Shown here in pieces: positions 51,140 through 61,010 of a DNA stretch of 64,000 bases. The stretch covers positions 203,166 through 267,165 of the forward strand of contig CAZSDP010000001.1 in NCBI GenBank assembly GCA_964605665.1, given 5' to 3'. Both the position numbers and the translations under genes were made by a program. Numbering within the stretch: position 1 is the stretch's first letter; each line of letters opens with the position of its first letter. The notes beneath the pieces were generated by a model that saw only the letters and a list, made by a program, of their open reading frames with translations, made no database searches and was not told where the DNA came from. The DNA comes from an uncultured Planctomycetia bacterium (lineage in GTDB: Bacteria > Planctomycetota > UBA8108 > UBA1146).

Positions 51140-51826
51140 ATGAACTCGGAAGCCAACCAAAGCTCAGACAATCCTGGAGACCTCTCGACCCTTCAAAAGG
51201 TGAGCCGCGTTGAACCGGTCGGCGAGCTGAAGGAGAAGGGAATCTCGAGGGTTCAGCTGATCAGCCGCAGCCAATTTGAGACGGTCATCAGAGATGCGGT
51301 TGCGAGAGAGATTCTCAATATTCTCGACCAGGTCGAGCTCTCAGCTGAGGAACAAGAAGTCCTTACAGAGCGAGCAATCGCAAGACTCTCTGGAGAAGTT
51401 CCACAGATAGAAGCCAAACCATCAGAGTCGAACAGTTCCAACCCCTCAAGTGAAGAAGTGACTCCTTCCCCTTCGACAACTTCTGACTTCGACCCAACGG
51501 CGTTCAAGCAGAAGATCATCGAAGAAGTAGGCGGCTTAGTTTCTCAGAACTGGAGAGAAGAACTAAAGTCCGCTCAAGTCTCTCAATCAAACCATATCGG
51601 TCGACTCGAAGACCGCATCGATTCTCTTATGAATGCGCTCGACCAAATTGAAAAACTGATGGAGAAGTCCGATTCCACGCCTGCTGACGAGACTCACTCA
51701 ACTCAATCAAATGGCACGAGCAACGGAACTCTAGGTGGAATGAAAAATGAGCTCCTTGAGCAGCTCTTCGATGCGAACTTAGTACTCCGAGAATTGGAGG
51801 CTGGCGAAGACCTCGACGGAGAATAA
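51140..51826 (+). CDS. Acidic Ser/Glu-rich hypothetical protein (candidate partner of the downstream actin homologue)
   Basis: 228 aa. Low-complexity acidic 'SESNSSNPSSEEVTPSPSTTSDFDP' and a coiled-coil-like C-terminal half. SD 'gggagga' upstream. Confidence 0.45.
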   Translation: MNSEANQSSDNPGDLSTLQKVSRVEPVGELKEKGISRVQLISRSQFETVIRDAVAREILNILDQVELSAEEQEVLTERAIARLSGEVPQIEAKPSESNSSNPSSEEVTPSPSTTSDFDPTAFKQKIIEEVGGLVSQNWREELKSAQVSQSNHIGRLEDRIDSLMNALDQIEKLMEKSDSTPADETHSTQSNGTSNGTLGGMKNELLEQLFDANLVLRELEAGEDLDGE

Positions 51827-51972
51827 ACAGAAAGTGACGACTGAGAATACCTCTGGACTTCGGTTCACATGTTGGTGAATTGCTCCCCACCAACGTCTTA
51901 CCGAAAACGGACAATCCAAATTTGAAATTCAGGAGCCGCACCACAAGGTCGCGATAGAAGAAGAGGAGATCG

Positions 51973-53085
51973 ATGAGCACCAAGACCCAAGGAAATGGCA
52001 GCAAACCAGCTTCGAAAACTCGAAAGGCCTCTACGGCCAAAGCGAACACCAAGACGGAGATTCTTCATGTCGGAATCGACCTTGGTACCTCACGATCTGC
52101 TGTTGCGACCTCAACGGGAGTCAGAGACTTGATTGCGAGCGTTGTCGGCTGGCCAAAAGACACGATCTCCGCCAAGGCATTCGGAAAAGGAACCCAATTT
52201 GGTGGTGACGTCCTGAAAAACCGGCTCGCACTCGATGTTTGCTGGCCACTCGCTGACGGAAATCTCATCTTCACCGACCTCGAAGGTAAAGAGCAAACCC
52301 GAGCACGTCGAGCAGCAGAAGAGCTGATGAAAGAGATCAAGCGGCTAGCCCAACCAGCTAAGAACGAATCGATCTATGCCGTGATCGGAGCCCCCGCTGA
52401 GGCCACTCGAGAGAACAAGCAGGCAATCATCGAAATAGCTCAAAAAGCCGGCATTGACGCGGTCATGGTCGTTTCCGAGCCATTTGCTGTGGCATACACT
52501 GTCGATGCCTTGATCGATTCAATCGTCATCGATATCGGAGCCGGAACGATCGATCTCTGCCGAATGTCAGGCACATTACCCACCGAGGAAGATCAGGTCA
52601 CCGTCTTCAAGGCTGGAAACTACATCGATCAAGAAATTGCAAATCGAGTCCGCGAAAAGTATGGAGACGCTCAGTTTTCCATCAACATGATTAAGCTAGC
52701 CAAGGAACGGTTCTCTTCCGTTACCCAAAACGCCCAAAGAGCTCTGGTGACCTTCCCCGTGGATGGTGTACCGACCGAGCTCGACATCACCAAAGAAGTC
52801 CGCGAGGCGGTAAATTTGATTGTCCCTGAGGTTGTTGAGGGAATTCGAAAGCTCGTCGCGACCTTTGATCCTGAGTTCCAAGAGCGAATTCGAAACCGGG
52901 TCTTCGTATCCGGAGGTGGATCACTGATCTACGGAATTCGCGAGGCGATCGAAATTGGAATGCAGGAGATTGGTGGAGGCAAAGTCAGCCTCGTCGATGA
53001 GCCAGTTTACGCCGGTGCTGACGGAGCGCTCAAACTTGCCCAAGAGATGCCTGCGAAGTTCTGGGCCAAACTCAAGAGCAACTAA
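51973..53085 (+). CDS. Actin-family ATPase, MamK-like (distinct from MreB) with a basic N-terminal tail
   Basis: 'ILHVGIDLGTSRSAV' (phosphate 1), 'SVVGWPKD', 'YAVIGAPAEATRENKQAIIEIAQKAGIDAVMVVSEPFAVAY', 'IVIDIGAGTIDLCRMSG' (phosphate 2), 'VFVSGGGS'. The order and spacing match, by recollection, MamK-type actins rather than MreB. N-terminal 'KPASKTRKASTAKANTK'. Confidence 0.65.
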   Translation: MSTKTQGNGSKPASKTRKASTAKANTKTEILHVGIDLGTSRSAVATSTGVRDLIASVVGWPKDTISAKAFGKGTQFGGDVLKNRLALDVCWPLADGNLIFTDLEGKEQTRARRAAEELMKEIKRLAQPAKNESIYAVIGAPAEATRENKQAIIEIAQKAGIDAVMVVSEPFAVAYTVDALIDSIVIDIGAGTIDLCRMSGTLPTEEDQVTVFKAGNYIDQEIANRVREKYGDAQFSINMIKLAKERFSSVTQNAQRALVTFPVDGVPTELDITKEVREAVNLIVPEVVEGIRKLVATFDPEFQERIRNRVFVSGGGSLIYGIREAIEIGMQEIGGGKVSLVDEPVYAGADGALKLAQEMPAKFWAKLKSN

Positions 53086-53161
53086 GTCTACAGTTGAACT
53101 AGACAATCGCGGGGACGGAATCGGTTCGATTCCGTCCCCGCTCTACATCCGGAACGCAAAT

Positions 53162-54223
53162 TCAAAGCACGTTCTGCCAATCCTCGCTCTTTGAGAAATT
53201 GGCGAATGCTCCGCCGGTGTGCCAAAAGAGAACACGAGATCCAGCTGGGATATAGCCCTCAGCAACGGCTTTTCGGAGTCCGAGATAGGCCTTGCCGGTA
53301 TAGCAAGGATCAACGAGAGCACCCTCTTTCATCGCTAAATCAGCATAGCGATTTAACTCCTCTGCCGTGGTCAGGCCGTAACCACGACCTTGCAAACCTT
53401 CGAGGAAGCGATCAGCCTCTCCCAGCACCTGATCTTCGGCCGGCAAGTGATGCCGCTCAGTTAAATCAGATCGAATCGCTGTGACCTTTTCTCGAAAGTA
53501 AGCCGCATCGTCACAAACCGGCACGCCTATAATTTGCCAATCTCGCTGGAGCGCATCACGTCCCGCGCTCAGCCCCGCCGATGTCCCTCCCGATCCCACG
53601 GCATGAACGATGAAATCGAAAGGAACTCCAAGCCGCTCTTCTTGTTGGTAGAGTTCCTCAGCTGCTGCGACAAATCCTAGGGCGCCGAGCGCATCGGATG
53701 CCCCTTCCGGAATCACAAATACTCGAGAACCACTTTGTTCAATCTTCTCCCGGGTTCTATCGAGCAATTCTCTCCCCTGCTGGTATTCCTCACGACTGAC
53801 CCAATCAATCTTTGCGCCCGCGATTGAATTGAGGAGTGTGTTTCCCGATCGCACCGAAGGCGCTCTGCCATCTTCAGTACGAAGCAATAAATGCGGCTCC
53901 AAACCGACGCGGCGAGCGAGAAACGTTGTAGCTCTGCAGTGATTCGAGTCCACACCGCCGCAGGTCAAGACCGCGTCGCACTTCTTCGCAATGGCCTTCG
54001 AAAAGGAAAACTCTAGTTTTCGTACTTTGTTTCCGCTGAGTTCGAACCCGGTCAAATCATCACGCTTGACCCACAAATCGACTCCCAATTCTGAGCCGAT
54101 CCGTTTCCAGTGTTCAATTGGGGTGGGTGTGCGTGCCACCTCTAGTCGCGAAGGAATCTCCAACAACCTGGACCCCGTAGTCCGTGAATTTGGAAGGTCT
54201 TCTGCCACGGGTGACTCCTTCAT
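53162..54223 (-). CDS. PLP-dependent D-cysteine desulfhydrase / ACC deaminase family enzyme
   Basis: 'VKRDDLTGFELSGNKVRKLEF' with the PLP lysine. Fold type II tryptophan-synthase-β-like. Confidence 0.75.
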   Translation of the reverse strand: MKESPVAEDLPNSRTTGSRLLEIPSRLEVARTPTPIEHWKRIGSELGVDLWVKRDDLTGFELSGNKVRKLEFSFSKAIAKKCDAVLTCGGVDSNHCRATTFLARRVGLEPHLLLRTEDGRAPSVRSGNTLLNSIAGAKIDWVSREEYQQGRELLDRTREKIEQSGSRVFVIPEGASDALGALGFVAAAEELYQQEERLGVPFDFIVHAVGSGGTSAGLSAGRDALQRDWQIIGVPVCDDAAYFREKVTAIRSDLTERHHLPAEDQVLGEADRFLEGLQGRGYGLTTAEELNRYADLAMKEGALVDPCYTGKAYLGLRKAVAEGYIPAGSRVLFWHTGGAFANFSKSEDWQNVL

Positions 54224-55368
54224 CCTCGCCGACCGCGGAGTTCTTCCGATATCACTCGCAGTCGATCCACGACAAAAGACAATTCAGCGTCGGAGCTCTG
54301 AGGTCCTAATGAAAATCGAAGAGCACCTTGAATCTCTGCTTCTGGAACACCCATCGCGGCTAGGACGTGCGACGGTTCACGTGCACCAGATGAACATGCC
54401 GACCCACTCGAGGCAGCGATTCCTTCTAGATCGAGACGGACGAGAACCGTCTCTGCGACCAAGTCCTGAAGAGTGACGGAAATACAATTCGGAAAGTGAT
54501 GGCTGATCGGTGAGATCACCCGCAAACCTGGGATCGAGCTCAATTGGCTTCGAAACTCCTCCGCTTTCCGAGTGAGATCACCCAATTCCCACAAAGGCGA
54601 TCTCTGACAGATCTCCGCCAAGGCCCCCATACCAACAATCGCGAGCAAATTCTCTGTCCCAGGCCGGACCTTTCTTTCCTGCGGACCTCCACGAAGAATC
54701 GGATCTAGAACAACCCCCCGTCGAACCCAAAGAGCGCCGACTCCGGTGGGACCGAAACTCTTGTGCGCAGTGATTGTTGCGGCATCGACTCCCAGCTCTG
54801 AGACCTTTACTGGGAGACGGAAAAACCCCTGTGCGCCATCCGTATGTACCAGAGCACCCTGCTGATGGAACCAATCAACCCAGTCACGGAGTAGCTGGAC
54901 TGTACCCGTCTCATTATTGACCCATTGAAGTGAGACTAAGGCACCTTCAAAATCCCAACCCATGCTCCGGATCTTCATATCGAGCAATCCGGACTCTGTC
55001 ACAGGAAGCTCGCCTCCTGGAGCACCTTCCGCCCAGCGTTTCTTCGCTGCTTCTCTAACGGACGGATGCTCGGTCGCTGAGATCCAAAGCGGTTGTTCCG
55101 ATTCGGCTATTCCCAGAAGCAGCGCGTTATTGCTCTCTGTACCTCCAGACGTGAAAAACAACTCTGAAGGCTCGACCCCAAGTAGCAGAGATAACTGTTC
55201 ACGGGCTTTCTCAAGCAAAGCGCGCGCTACGCGTCCGGGACCATGGAGCGAGGATGGATTTCCAACGAGGGACTCGCTGAGATGCTGCCGTAAGACTCCT
55301 GATACTTCTGGGTGAAGCGGAGTCGTGGCATTGTGATCAAGATAGATCGAACCAAACTGCTGTATCAT
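54220..55368 (-). CDS. Cysteine desulfurase (class V aminotransferase, IscS/NifS-like)
   Basis: 'IYLDHNATTPL', 'ITAHKSFGPTGVGALWV' (PLP lysine), 'SSGSACSSG' catalytic Cys loop. Confidence 0.85.
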   Translation of the reverse strand: MIQQFGSIYLDHNATTPLHPEVSGVLRQHLSESLVGNPSSLHGPGRVARALLEKAREQLSLLLGVEPSELFFTSGGTESNNALLLGIAESEQPLWISATEHPSVREAAKKRWAEGAPGGELPVTESGLLDMKIRSMGWDFEGALVSLQWVNNETGTVQLLRDWVDWFHQQGALVHTDGAQGFFRLPVKVSELGVDAATITAHKSFGPTGVGALWVRRGVVLDPILRGGPQERKVRPGTENLLAIVGMGALAEICQRSPLWELGDLTRKAEEFRSQLSSIPGLRVISPISHHFPNCISVTLQDLVAETVLVRLDLEGIAASSGSACSSGAREPSHVLAAMGVPEAEIQGALRFSLGPQSSDAELSFVVDRLRVISEELRGRRG

Positions 55369-55392
55369 CTACTTTTCGGATCGTTCGCCAGG

Positions 55393-55863
55393 TCAAAACG
55401 GAGCTCGTGAAACCTCTCCCGAGAAAGACTCGAGCAATCGAACGTCCTTCGCAGGATCGATCCGCCACTCACCACCTTCCCCCGTTGCCTCAAACTTCAG
55501 ATAGAGAGGGATTTCATCGAAATCTGGGAGTTCATCATCACCAAAGAAGTAAATCACTGTCACAGCTTGCGCTTGCTGCGGAGGTACTCCAGGAATCGGC
55601 TCATAACCTGACAACTGTTGGCTATTTGAAATCATCTTCCTCAAAGGTTCCCCTTCGAGTCTCCCGAAACGCAAGGCTAATGAGAATTCAGTCGCTGAGT
55701 GCTCAGAACGAAAACTATCGACCATGCAGTCGTAGGCAAACCGATCCTGCTTCGTTTCGACAGCATAGCGGAACATCCGCACCGTCTGATCGGGCGACAA
55801 TCGATCGAAGTAGCGATCAGGTTTAGGGACAGATGCGCAACAGCCGACCAATGCGATGGTCAT
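55393..55863 (-). CDS. Hypothetical lipoprotein
   Basis: Internal Met start with lipobox 'MTIALVGCCAS'. No recognisable family. Confidence 0.35.
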   Translation of the reverse strand: MTIALVGCCASVPKPDRYFDRLSPDQTVRMFRYAVETKQDRFAYDCMVDSFRSEHSATEFSLALRFGRLEGEPLRKMISNSQQLSGYEPIPGVPPQQAQAVTVIYFFGDDELPDFDEIPLYLKFEATGEGGEWRIDPAKDVRLLESFSGEVSRAPF

Positions 55864-55894
55864 GAAGCTGAAAAAGAGCACTCCCTTTGATCGA

Positions 55895-56407
55895 TCAACC
55901 GTCACGACGCGTCGCAGAGTAGACTTCACTGACGTCAAACCCACCGCCTCGGCCTGCCCGCACATATCGAGCTTTTCCTGTAACCGGGTTCATGATCCAA
56001 AGGAAGTTGGTGAGATTCCGCTCACTCAACTGAAATTGCACCTGATCAACCGGAAACACCTCTGTGTCAATTTCATAGATGCGTGAACGGATCACGGACT
56101 CTTCCGCCCCGTCCGGCAGCATTAAGAACTGTAGCTTTCCGGTCGGCTGATGGACGATCCAGAGATTTCTACGAAACGTAAAAAACAGATACTCACCATC
56201 GGTATTCCCCCCAATGTCGCCAGACTCCGCAGCGAACAGGCTTTCAGTGATCAGAGGGCTCTGATTCTCAGGGGAACTGAACACCACGGCACCAAGCACC
56301 ACGCCGACAAAGAGGAGCACAAGTCCTTGGGTAGATTTCGGGCGACGACTCGAGGCCACCCCTGTTGGGCGATTCGACTCAATCCTGTTCATCATCAACC
56401 TCTGCAT
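55895..56407 (-). CDS. Hypothetical membrane-anchored protein
   Basis: N-terminal TM 'GLVLLFVGVVLGAVVF'. Start chosen to avoid overlap with the upstream BFN gene. Uncertain. Confidence 0.3.
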   Translation of the reverse strand: MQRLMMNRIESNRPTGVASSRRPKSTQGLVLLFVGVVLGAVVFSSPENQSPLITESLFAAESGDIGGNTDGEYLFFTFRRNLWIVHQPTGKLQFLMLPDGAEESVIRSRIYEIDTEVFPVDQVQFQLSERNLTNFLWIMNPVTGKARYVRAGRGGGFDVSEVYSATRRDG

Positions 56408-56960
56408 CTCCTTCATTTTCCGTCTCTGGTCCCCAAGAGGAAAGTAGATCAGTTTCGAACGTCTCAGCGGAAACATCGGCGCCGATAACTGAGGCCCAAT
56501 CAGCCCCTGTAAGATCGGCAATTGCCAGACTCGAAACGTCTTGTACCTCTTCAAAGACTTCGCGGGTTACCTGGATTTCAGCACGGTTCTTCAAGGCGAG
56601 TACCAAGCAATCACTTGGACGGGCATCGATGCGCACTTCATTGCGACGACCGACCCACTGCCCACCTTTCTCCGAACCCGTTTGTTCTAAAATGAGTGTT
56701 GCACAGAAAGCGTTATCAAGAATGCTCGTCACGACAATTTGGCGAACTTTTATGTCGAATCCCAGCAAAACAGCTTGGAGCAGATCGTGCGTGAGGGGTC
56801 TTTCTGCAGGTTCGCCCTTAATCTCACGACGGATCGCCATCGCTTCGTGCAATCCGATGAAGACCACGAATGACTTCTTGTCATTCCCGAGCAACACCGC
56901 AGAGCCAGCAGATGCTGGCCCGATCACTTTCTGAATCTCAACTGGGATCAGATCCTCCAC
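56379..56960 (-). CDS. Bifunctional nuclease (BFN/DUF151) family protein with an acidic tail
   Basis: 'SAVLLGNDKKSFVVFIGLHEAMAI…THDLL…IDARPSDCLVLALK' matches the BFN-domain pattern. C-terminus 'ENEGDAEVDDEQD'. Confidence 0.65.
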   Translation of the reverse strand: MEDLIPVEIQKVIGPASAGSAVLLGNDKKSFVVFIGLHEAMAIRREIKGEPAERPLTHDLLQAVLLGFDIKVRQIVVTSILDNAFCATLILEQTGSEKGGQWVGRRNEVRIDARPSDCLVLALKNRAEIQVTREVFEEVQDVSSLAIADLTGADWASVIGADVSAETFETDLLSSWGPETENEGDAEVDDEQD

Positions 56961-57124
56961 TTGAGAACCCCTCCCGCGTTCGAGGCGTAACGAACGCGTC
57001 TATGCGGCACAAACACCGTAACCATGAGATTTTAGCCTGGAATAGACCCGGATGTGGAGCCCTCATCCCGAAGGAATACAGAAACTGCAGCGATTTTGGA
57101 GACAAATGTGGTTTTAAAGAGTCG

Positions 57125-57901
57125 TCATCCCGCGGTCGAACGGTGATCGATCATGGCATCCAGCCAACTTCGATACTTCGGATGTCCTGCAACGAGATCG
57201 AGGCGAACCGATTTCGGGTTTTGCCCCACCAGAGGAGCCCAAGAGTCGACTCCGACCCCATGAGGGGAAACGAGATGAGCCCCCGATTCGATCAGCACCA
57301 ACCAGCCTGCTGCAATGTCAAAGGTCCGAGAATCTCCCCAGGCTCCCCCACCGAACTGGCCATTCGCGACACTGACGAGCTCTAGAGCAGTCGCGCCGAG
57401 AAGACGATCGATACAGAATCCAGGGAGAACTGAACGCCAGTCTTGTTTCGTCCTTCGCCACCGCCGACTTACGCTGATCACAGCATTGGGTGGAAACTCT
57501 GGCAGCACGAGGGGAACACCGTCCAGAGAAGCCCCTTGGCCCGAAATTGCCTCAAAAACTCGATTGTGAACAGGATCGATCACCCAGCCAAGAATGGGCC
57601 AACCACTCTCGATATACGAAAAACTAGCTCCGAACCACGGAAGATCACAGGTGAGGTTGGTGGTTCCATCGAGAGGATCGATCAACCAACCCGAACCAGC
57701 CCACTTCATCGTATCGGGCAGTTCTTCACCAACGACATTGTCGGTGGGAAACTGAGAGCTGAGGGCAAGTCGAAACCGCCCTTCCAAATCTGCATCGAAC
57801 GAGGAGTCAAGTGGTGTGGGTAGGTTTTGTAAGTCGGCCAAGAAACGTACTGACTGAGCTCGACCAAACTGAAGACGGTCGGCGTGGTCGTGACCGCTCA
57901 T
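57125..57901 (-). CDS. Inositol monophosphatase family protein (SuhB/CysQ-like)
   Basis: 'WLIDPLDGTTNL' and 'WDIAAG' motifs. ATGA overlap with pgk. Confidence 0.8.
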   Translation of the reverse strand: MSGHDHADRLQFGRAQSVRFLADLQNLPTPLDSSFDADLEGRFRLALSSQFPTDNVVGEELPDTMKWAGSGWLIDPLDGTTNLTCDLPWFGASFSYIESGWPILGWVIDPVHNRVFEAISGQGASLDGVPLVLPEFPPNAVISVSRRWRRTKQDWRSVLPGFCIDRLLGATALELVSVANGQFGGGAWGDSRTFDIAAGWLVLIESGAHLVSPHGVGVDSWAPLVGQNPKSVRLDLVAGHPKYRSWLDAMIDHRSTAG

Positions 57902-59184
57902 GAATCGGAGCGCTTCGCTAGATATTCAGGGAGGGGATCCTTCGCGGACTGTTCTAGTAACTCTAGTCCTGGAAGCTGAACACCTTCCAAGAACTCGAGC
58001 GCAGCACCGCCACCGGTACAAACGTGAGTCACCCGACTCGCGACACCAATTTTTCGAGCAGCAGCAGCTGTATCGCCACCTCCGACGACCGTCGTCCCCG
58101 AGTGCTCGCCTAAGAATTTTGCGATCAAACGAGTCCCACCACAGAAGGTCTCATTTTCAAACACGCCCATCGGGCCATTCCAAAAGATCGTCTCAGCAGA
58201 GGAGAGGACTTGAGTAAAGCGGCCTTGCGTCTCAGGACCGATGTCCAAGAATAGCCGTTGGGAGCCGGGATCATCTCCAACTCGCCATCTTTCTCCCTCG
58301 TGGTCTTCTATTGAGCCACCTGTGATCATGTCTGTTGGAAAGACCCACTGTACCTCAGTCCCCGTCGCTAAGAGCTCTCGTGCCACGTCGATCGCGCCCT
58401 CTTCGACTCGTGAACCTCCAACGGGTATGCCCTGAGCTGCGAGGAACGTGTTTGCCATCCCTCCGCCGACGATAAATCCGTCGACTCGATCTCTCAGCTG
58501 TTCGATGACCCCGATCTTGTCTGACACCTTTGCCCCACCCAAAATCACCCAGAATGGTCGACGTGGCCGGTCTCTGATTTTCTTGAGTACCTCCACTTCT
58601 TGCTCGATGAGATATCCAGCAAAAGCGGGCAGCCGCGCGGCAACTCCGACAACTGATGCATGTGCTCGATGGCAGGTCCCGAAGGCATCATTCACGAAGA
58701 CGTCGATCGTATCGCCAAGTGAACGCGCAAACTCCGGATCATTCTTCTTCTCGCGGGGATCAAAGCGCAGATTTTCCAACAAGCAAATTTCGCCAGGCCC
58801 GACATTCTTTGCCATCTCTCGCGACCGGCTGTCCGCTGGCATGCCACCGACAAACTGCACCGGCTGCTGTAGATGATCTGCAAGACTCTCTGCAACGGGT
58901 GAAAGGCTGAACTGATTCTCAGGCCCTTTAGGTCGACCCAAGTGTGAGCAAAGCACCACAGCACATCCTTGCTGTAGAAGCGCCCGAAGAGTAGGAAGAG
59001 ATGCGAGAATTCGCGTCTGGTCTGCAACGAACCAATTCGATTCATCCACACCTGAAGATTGTTGAGGATCTGCCGACAGCGGAACATTGAGATCCGCCCG
59101 GACCAAGACTCGAACTCCAGGGGATAAACGGTCGAAAAGTAGATGAAGCGATCGCATCGAAAGACCTTCCCAACGCTGGTTCAA
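57898..59184 (-). CDS. pgk: Phosphoglycerate kinase
   Basis: 'RADLNVP', 'ILGGAKVSDKIGVI', 'VGGGMANTFLAAQG', 'GGGDTAAA'. The true start may be the internal 'MRSLHLL' Met. Confidence 0.9.
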   Translation of the reverse strand: MNQRWEGLSMRSLHLLFDRLSPGVRVLVRADLNVPLSADPQQSSGVDESNWFVADQTRILASLPTLRALLQQGCAVVLCSHLGRPKGPENQFSLSPVAESLADHLQQPVQFVGGMPADSRSREMAKNVGPGEICLLENLRFDPREKKNDPEFARSLGDTIDVFVNDAFGTCHRAHASVVGVAARLPAFAGYLIEQEVEVLKKIRDRPRRPFWVILGGAKVSDKIGVIEQLRDRVDGFIVGGGMANTFLAAQGIPVGGSRVEEGAIDVARELLATGTEVQWVFPTDMITGGSIEDHEGERWRVGDDPGSQRLFLDIGPETQGRFTQVLSSAETIFWNGPMGVFENETFCGGTRLIAKFLGEHSGTTVVGGGDTAAAARKIGVASRVTHVCTGGGAALEFLEGVQLPGLELLEQSAKDPLPEYLAKRSDS

Positions 59185-59202
59185 GATCCTCGATCCCGAA
59201 AC

Positions 59203-59514
59203 TCAGCGTAATAGACGGAAGGTACTGCGTAACTCTTCAAACGAAAAGGGCCCCCAGAAGGTCTGATGTAAATCTCTACCGATCACCCGGAAGCCGCTTT
59301 CGGGTCCCTGCATAAGTAATTCAGCACTCTTGGCAACATCGCTGAAGTCGTTAGAGCCCTCTAACAGGTCAACCGTTCTCTTGACGTGACCAAAGGTCCC
59401 TTGAGACCCGGTCATATTCCAGAGTTCCCAGGAAGATCGAGTTCCCACGGAGGAAGCGCAGCCCGCATTGAAAAGGCAAACAACTGCGATCAGGGCCAAC
59501 AATTTGAGTTTCAT
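59203..59514 (-). CDS. Small lipoprotein (hypothetical)
   Basis: Internal Met with lipobox 'MKLKLLALIAVVCLFNAGCASS'. The 5' part of the longer ORF is probably not translated. Confidence 0.35.
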   Translation of the reverse strand: MKLKLLALIAVVCLFNAGCASSVGTRSSWELWNMTGSQGTFGHVKRTVDLLEGSNDFSDVAKSAELLMQGPESGFRVIGRDLHQTFWGPFSFEELRSTFRLLR

Positions 59515-59993
59515 CCGGTGAACCTGTCCGATCACTCGATTTACTGACATCCTGCATCTCCGGAGTCTTGAGCCACGGTCAGCGGCATGGTCAGCGGCAT
59601 GGTCACCGCGTGGGGAAGCGCTTTCGCCTCGATTCTGGCCGCCATCTTCCGGCGCCAGCTTTCTCGAGTGAAACAAAAAGCACCGAGTTTCATCGTCTGA
59701 ACCAGAATCTCGAAAAGAACCAAAACCAACGTCAGCAGCACCACCGACCATGCGGCCAATGAAGGGTCGATTGGGCGCTCATTGAACAACAAACGGTCAC
59801 TCGTTCTGTTTTCTATCACGAGCAACTCCGCGAAACCGTCGAGCCTACGCGAATCTGTCGCCATCGACTACCACTCATCAGTATAGCTCCTCAAACGGAA
59901 TCTGCCGATTTCCAAAAAACCCTCTCGGAAACTCAGCGGTCAAAGCAGCTCAAAACACCGATAAAGCTCCCTCCCGCATGGCCAGGCAATTCC

Positions 59994-61010
59994 CTAAAGC
60001 CGCTTCTTGAACCAGGAATAGTCTTCCAGTTTCTTCTCCAACTCTTCAATTGTCGCGTGATACGACCAATTGATTGATTTCGACTTGTCGTGATCAACGT
60101 TTGCAGACAGGTTCTTCTTGAACTTCATCCGCCCGACACTTCGTGTCGAACCATCGGCACGACGCTCGAGAATCTGCATTTGAACTTCACCCGTAAACAC
60201 GTGGTACAAAGGCTTATTGTAGAACCGCACTGTCTTAGCAAAGTAGCACCGTACCTTTACCCTAATCTCAAAGGCACACTTCTCGGGATCTCCACTTTTC
60301 GTCACACGCATCGGCTCTGAAAAAGAGCGGCAGAGCTTCGAAACCACATGAGAGGCCCCAGACACCTTCGGGCGTTCACGTCCAATCCGCTCGTCGAGGA
60401 CAAGGTGAATCATTTCCGCGCTCGCGGGCAGAGGTGGTAACCCTCTCTCCTCTGCAGGTGAAGGTTTCGGAATCGAAAACCGGTCGGGCATCTCTATCAG
60501 ATCTTCAGTGGGAGTCTCTTCCAACTCCGCCCGCTTTGCTTCGATTTCCGGAGAGCCTTCAAGAAACCAATCACCAGCAAGCCAAAGATATCCGAGTTTG
60601 GTTCGAGCTTCCTCATTGTCCGGTGACAGCTGCATCACCTTCTTAAAATGAAGAATCGCTTCCGCCTTCAATTCATTTTGATCACAAAACCTGGCGAGTT
60701 CGAGATGACCTGAGGAATCGTTGTCCGCAAGCTCTTTGACCCGGTCGAGATATTCCTCATATGGGGTTCTGGTTTCGACCCGTTTGACAATATCACTACG
60801 TTCAACCGTCACGACTCCGGTCGTCGTCTTAATACTGACGAGATCACCAATTTCACGGACGATCTCACCAACCAAGCGACGCCCATCCTTGAGCCGAAAC
60901 TCGTCAGCAAAGCCGGACGTGCTCGACCCTAGAATTCCGATCAAGAGTAGCGGTAAAGCCCACCTGAAGCGGCCGAAGCCAGAAGTCGGCCGCGTCAATA
61001 GTTGTGTCAT
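59994..61010 (-). CDS. Secreted TPR-like hypothetical protein
   Basis: Internal Met 'MTQLLTRPTSGFGRFRWALPLLLIGILGSS' signal. 'AEAILHFKKVMQLSPDNEEARTKLGYLW' TPR-like segment. Confidence 0.4.
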   Translation of the reverse strand: MTQLLTRPTSGFGRFRWALPLLLIGILGSSTSGFADEFRLKDGRRLVGEIVREIGDLVSIKTTTGVVTVERSDIVKRVETRTPYEEYLDRVKELADNDSSGHLELARFCDQNELKAEAILHFKKVMQLSPDNEEARTKLGYLWLAGDWFLEGSPEIEAKRAELEETPTEDLIEMPDRFSIPKPSPAEERGLPPLPASAEMIHLVLDERIGRERPKVSGASHVVSKLCRSFSEPMRVTKSGDPEKCAFEIRVKVRCYFAKTVRFYNKPLYHVFTGEVQMQILERRADGSTRSVGRMKFKKNLSANVDHDKSKSINWSYHATIEELEKKLEDYSWFKKRL

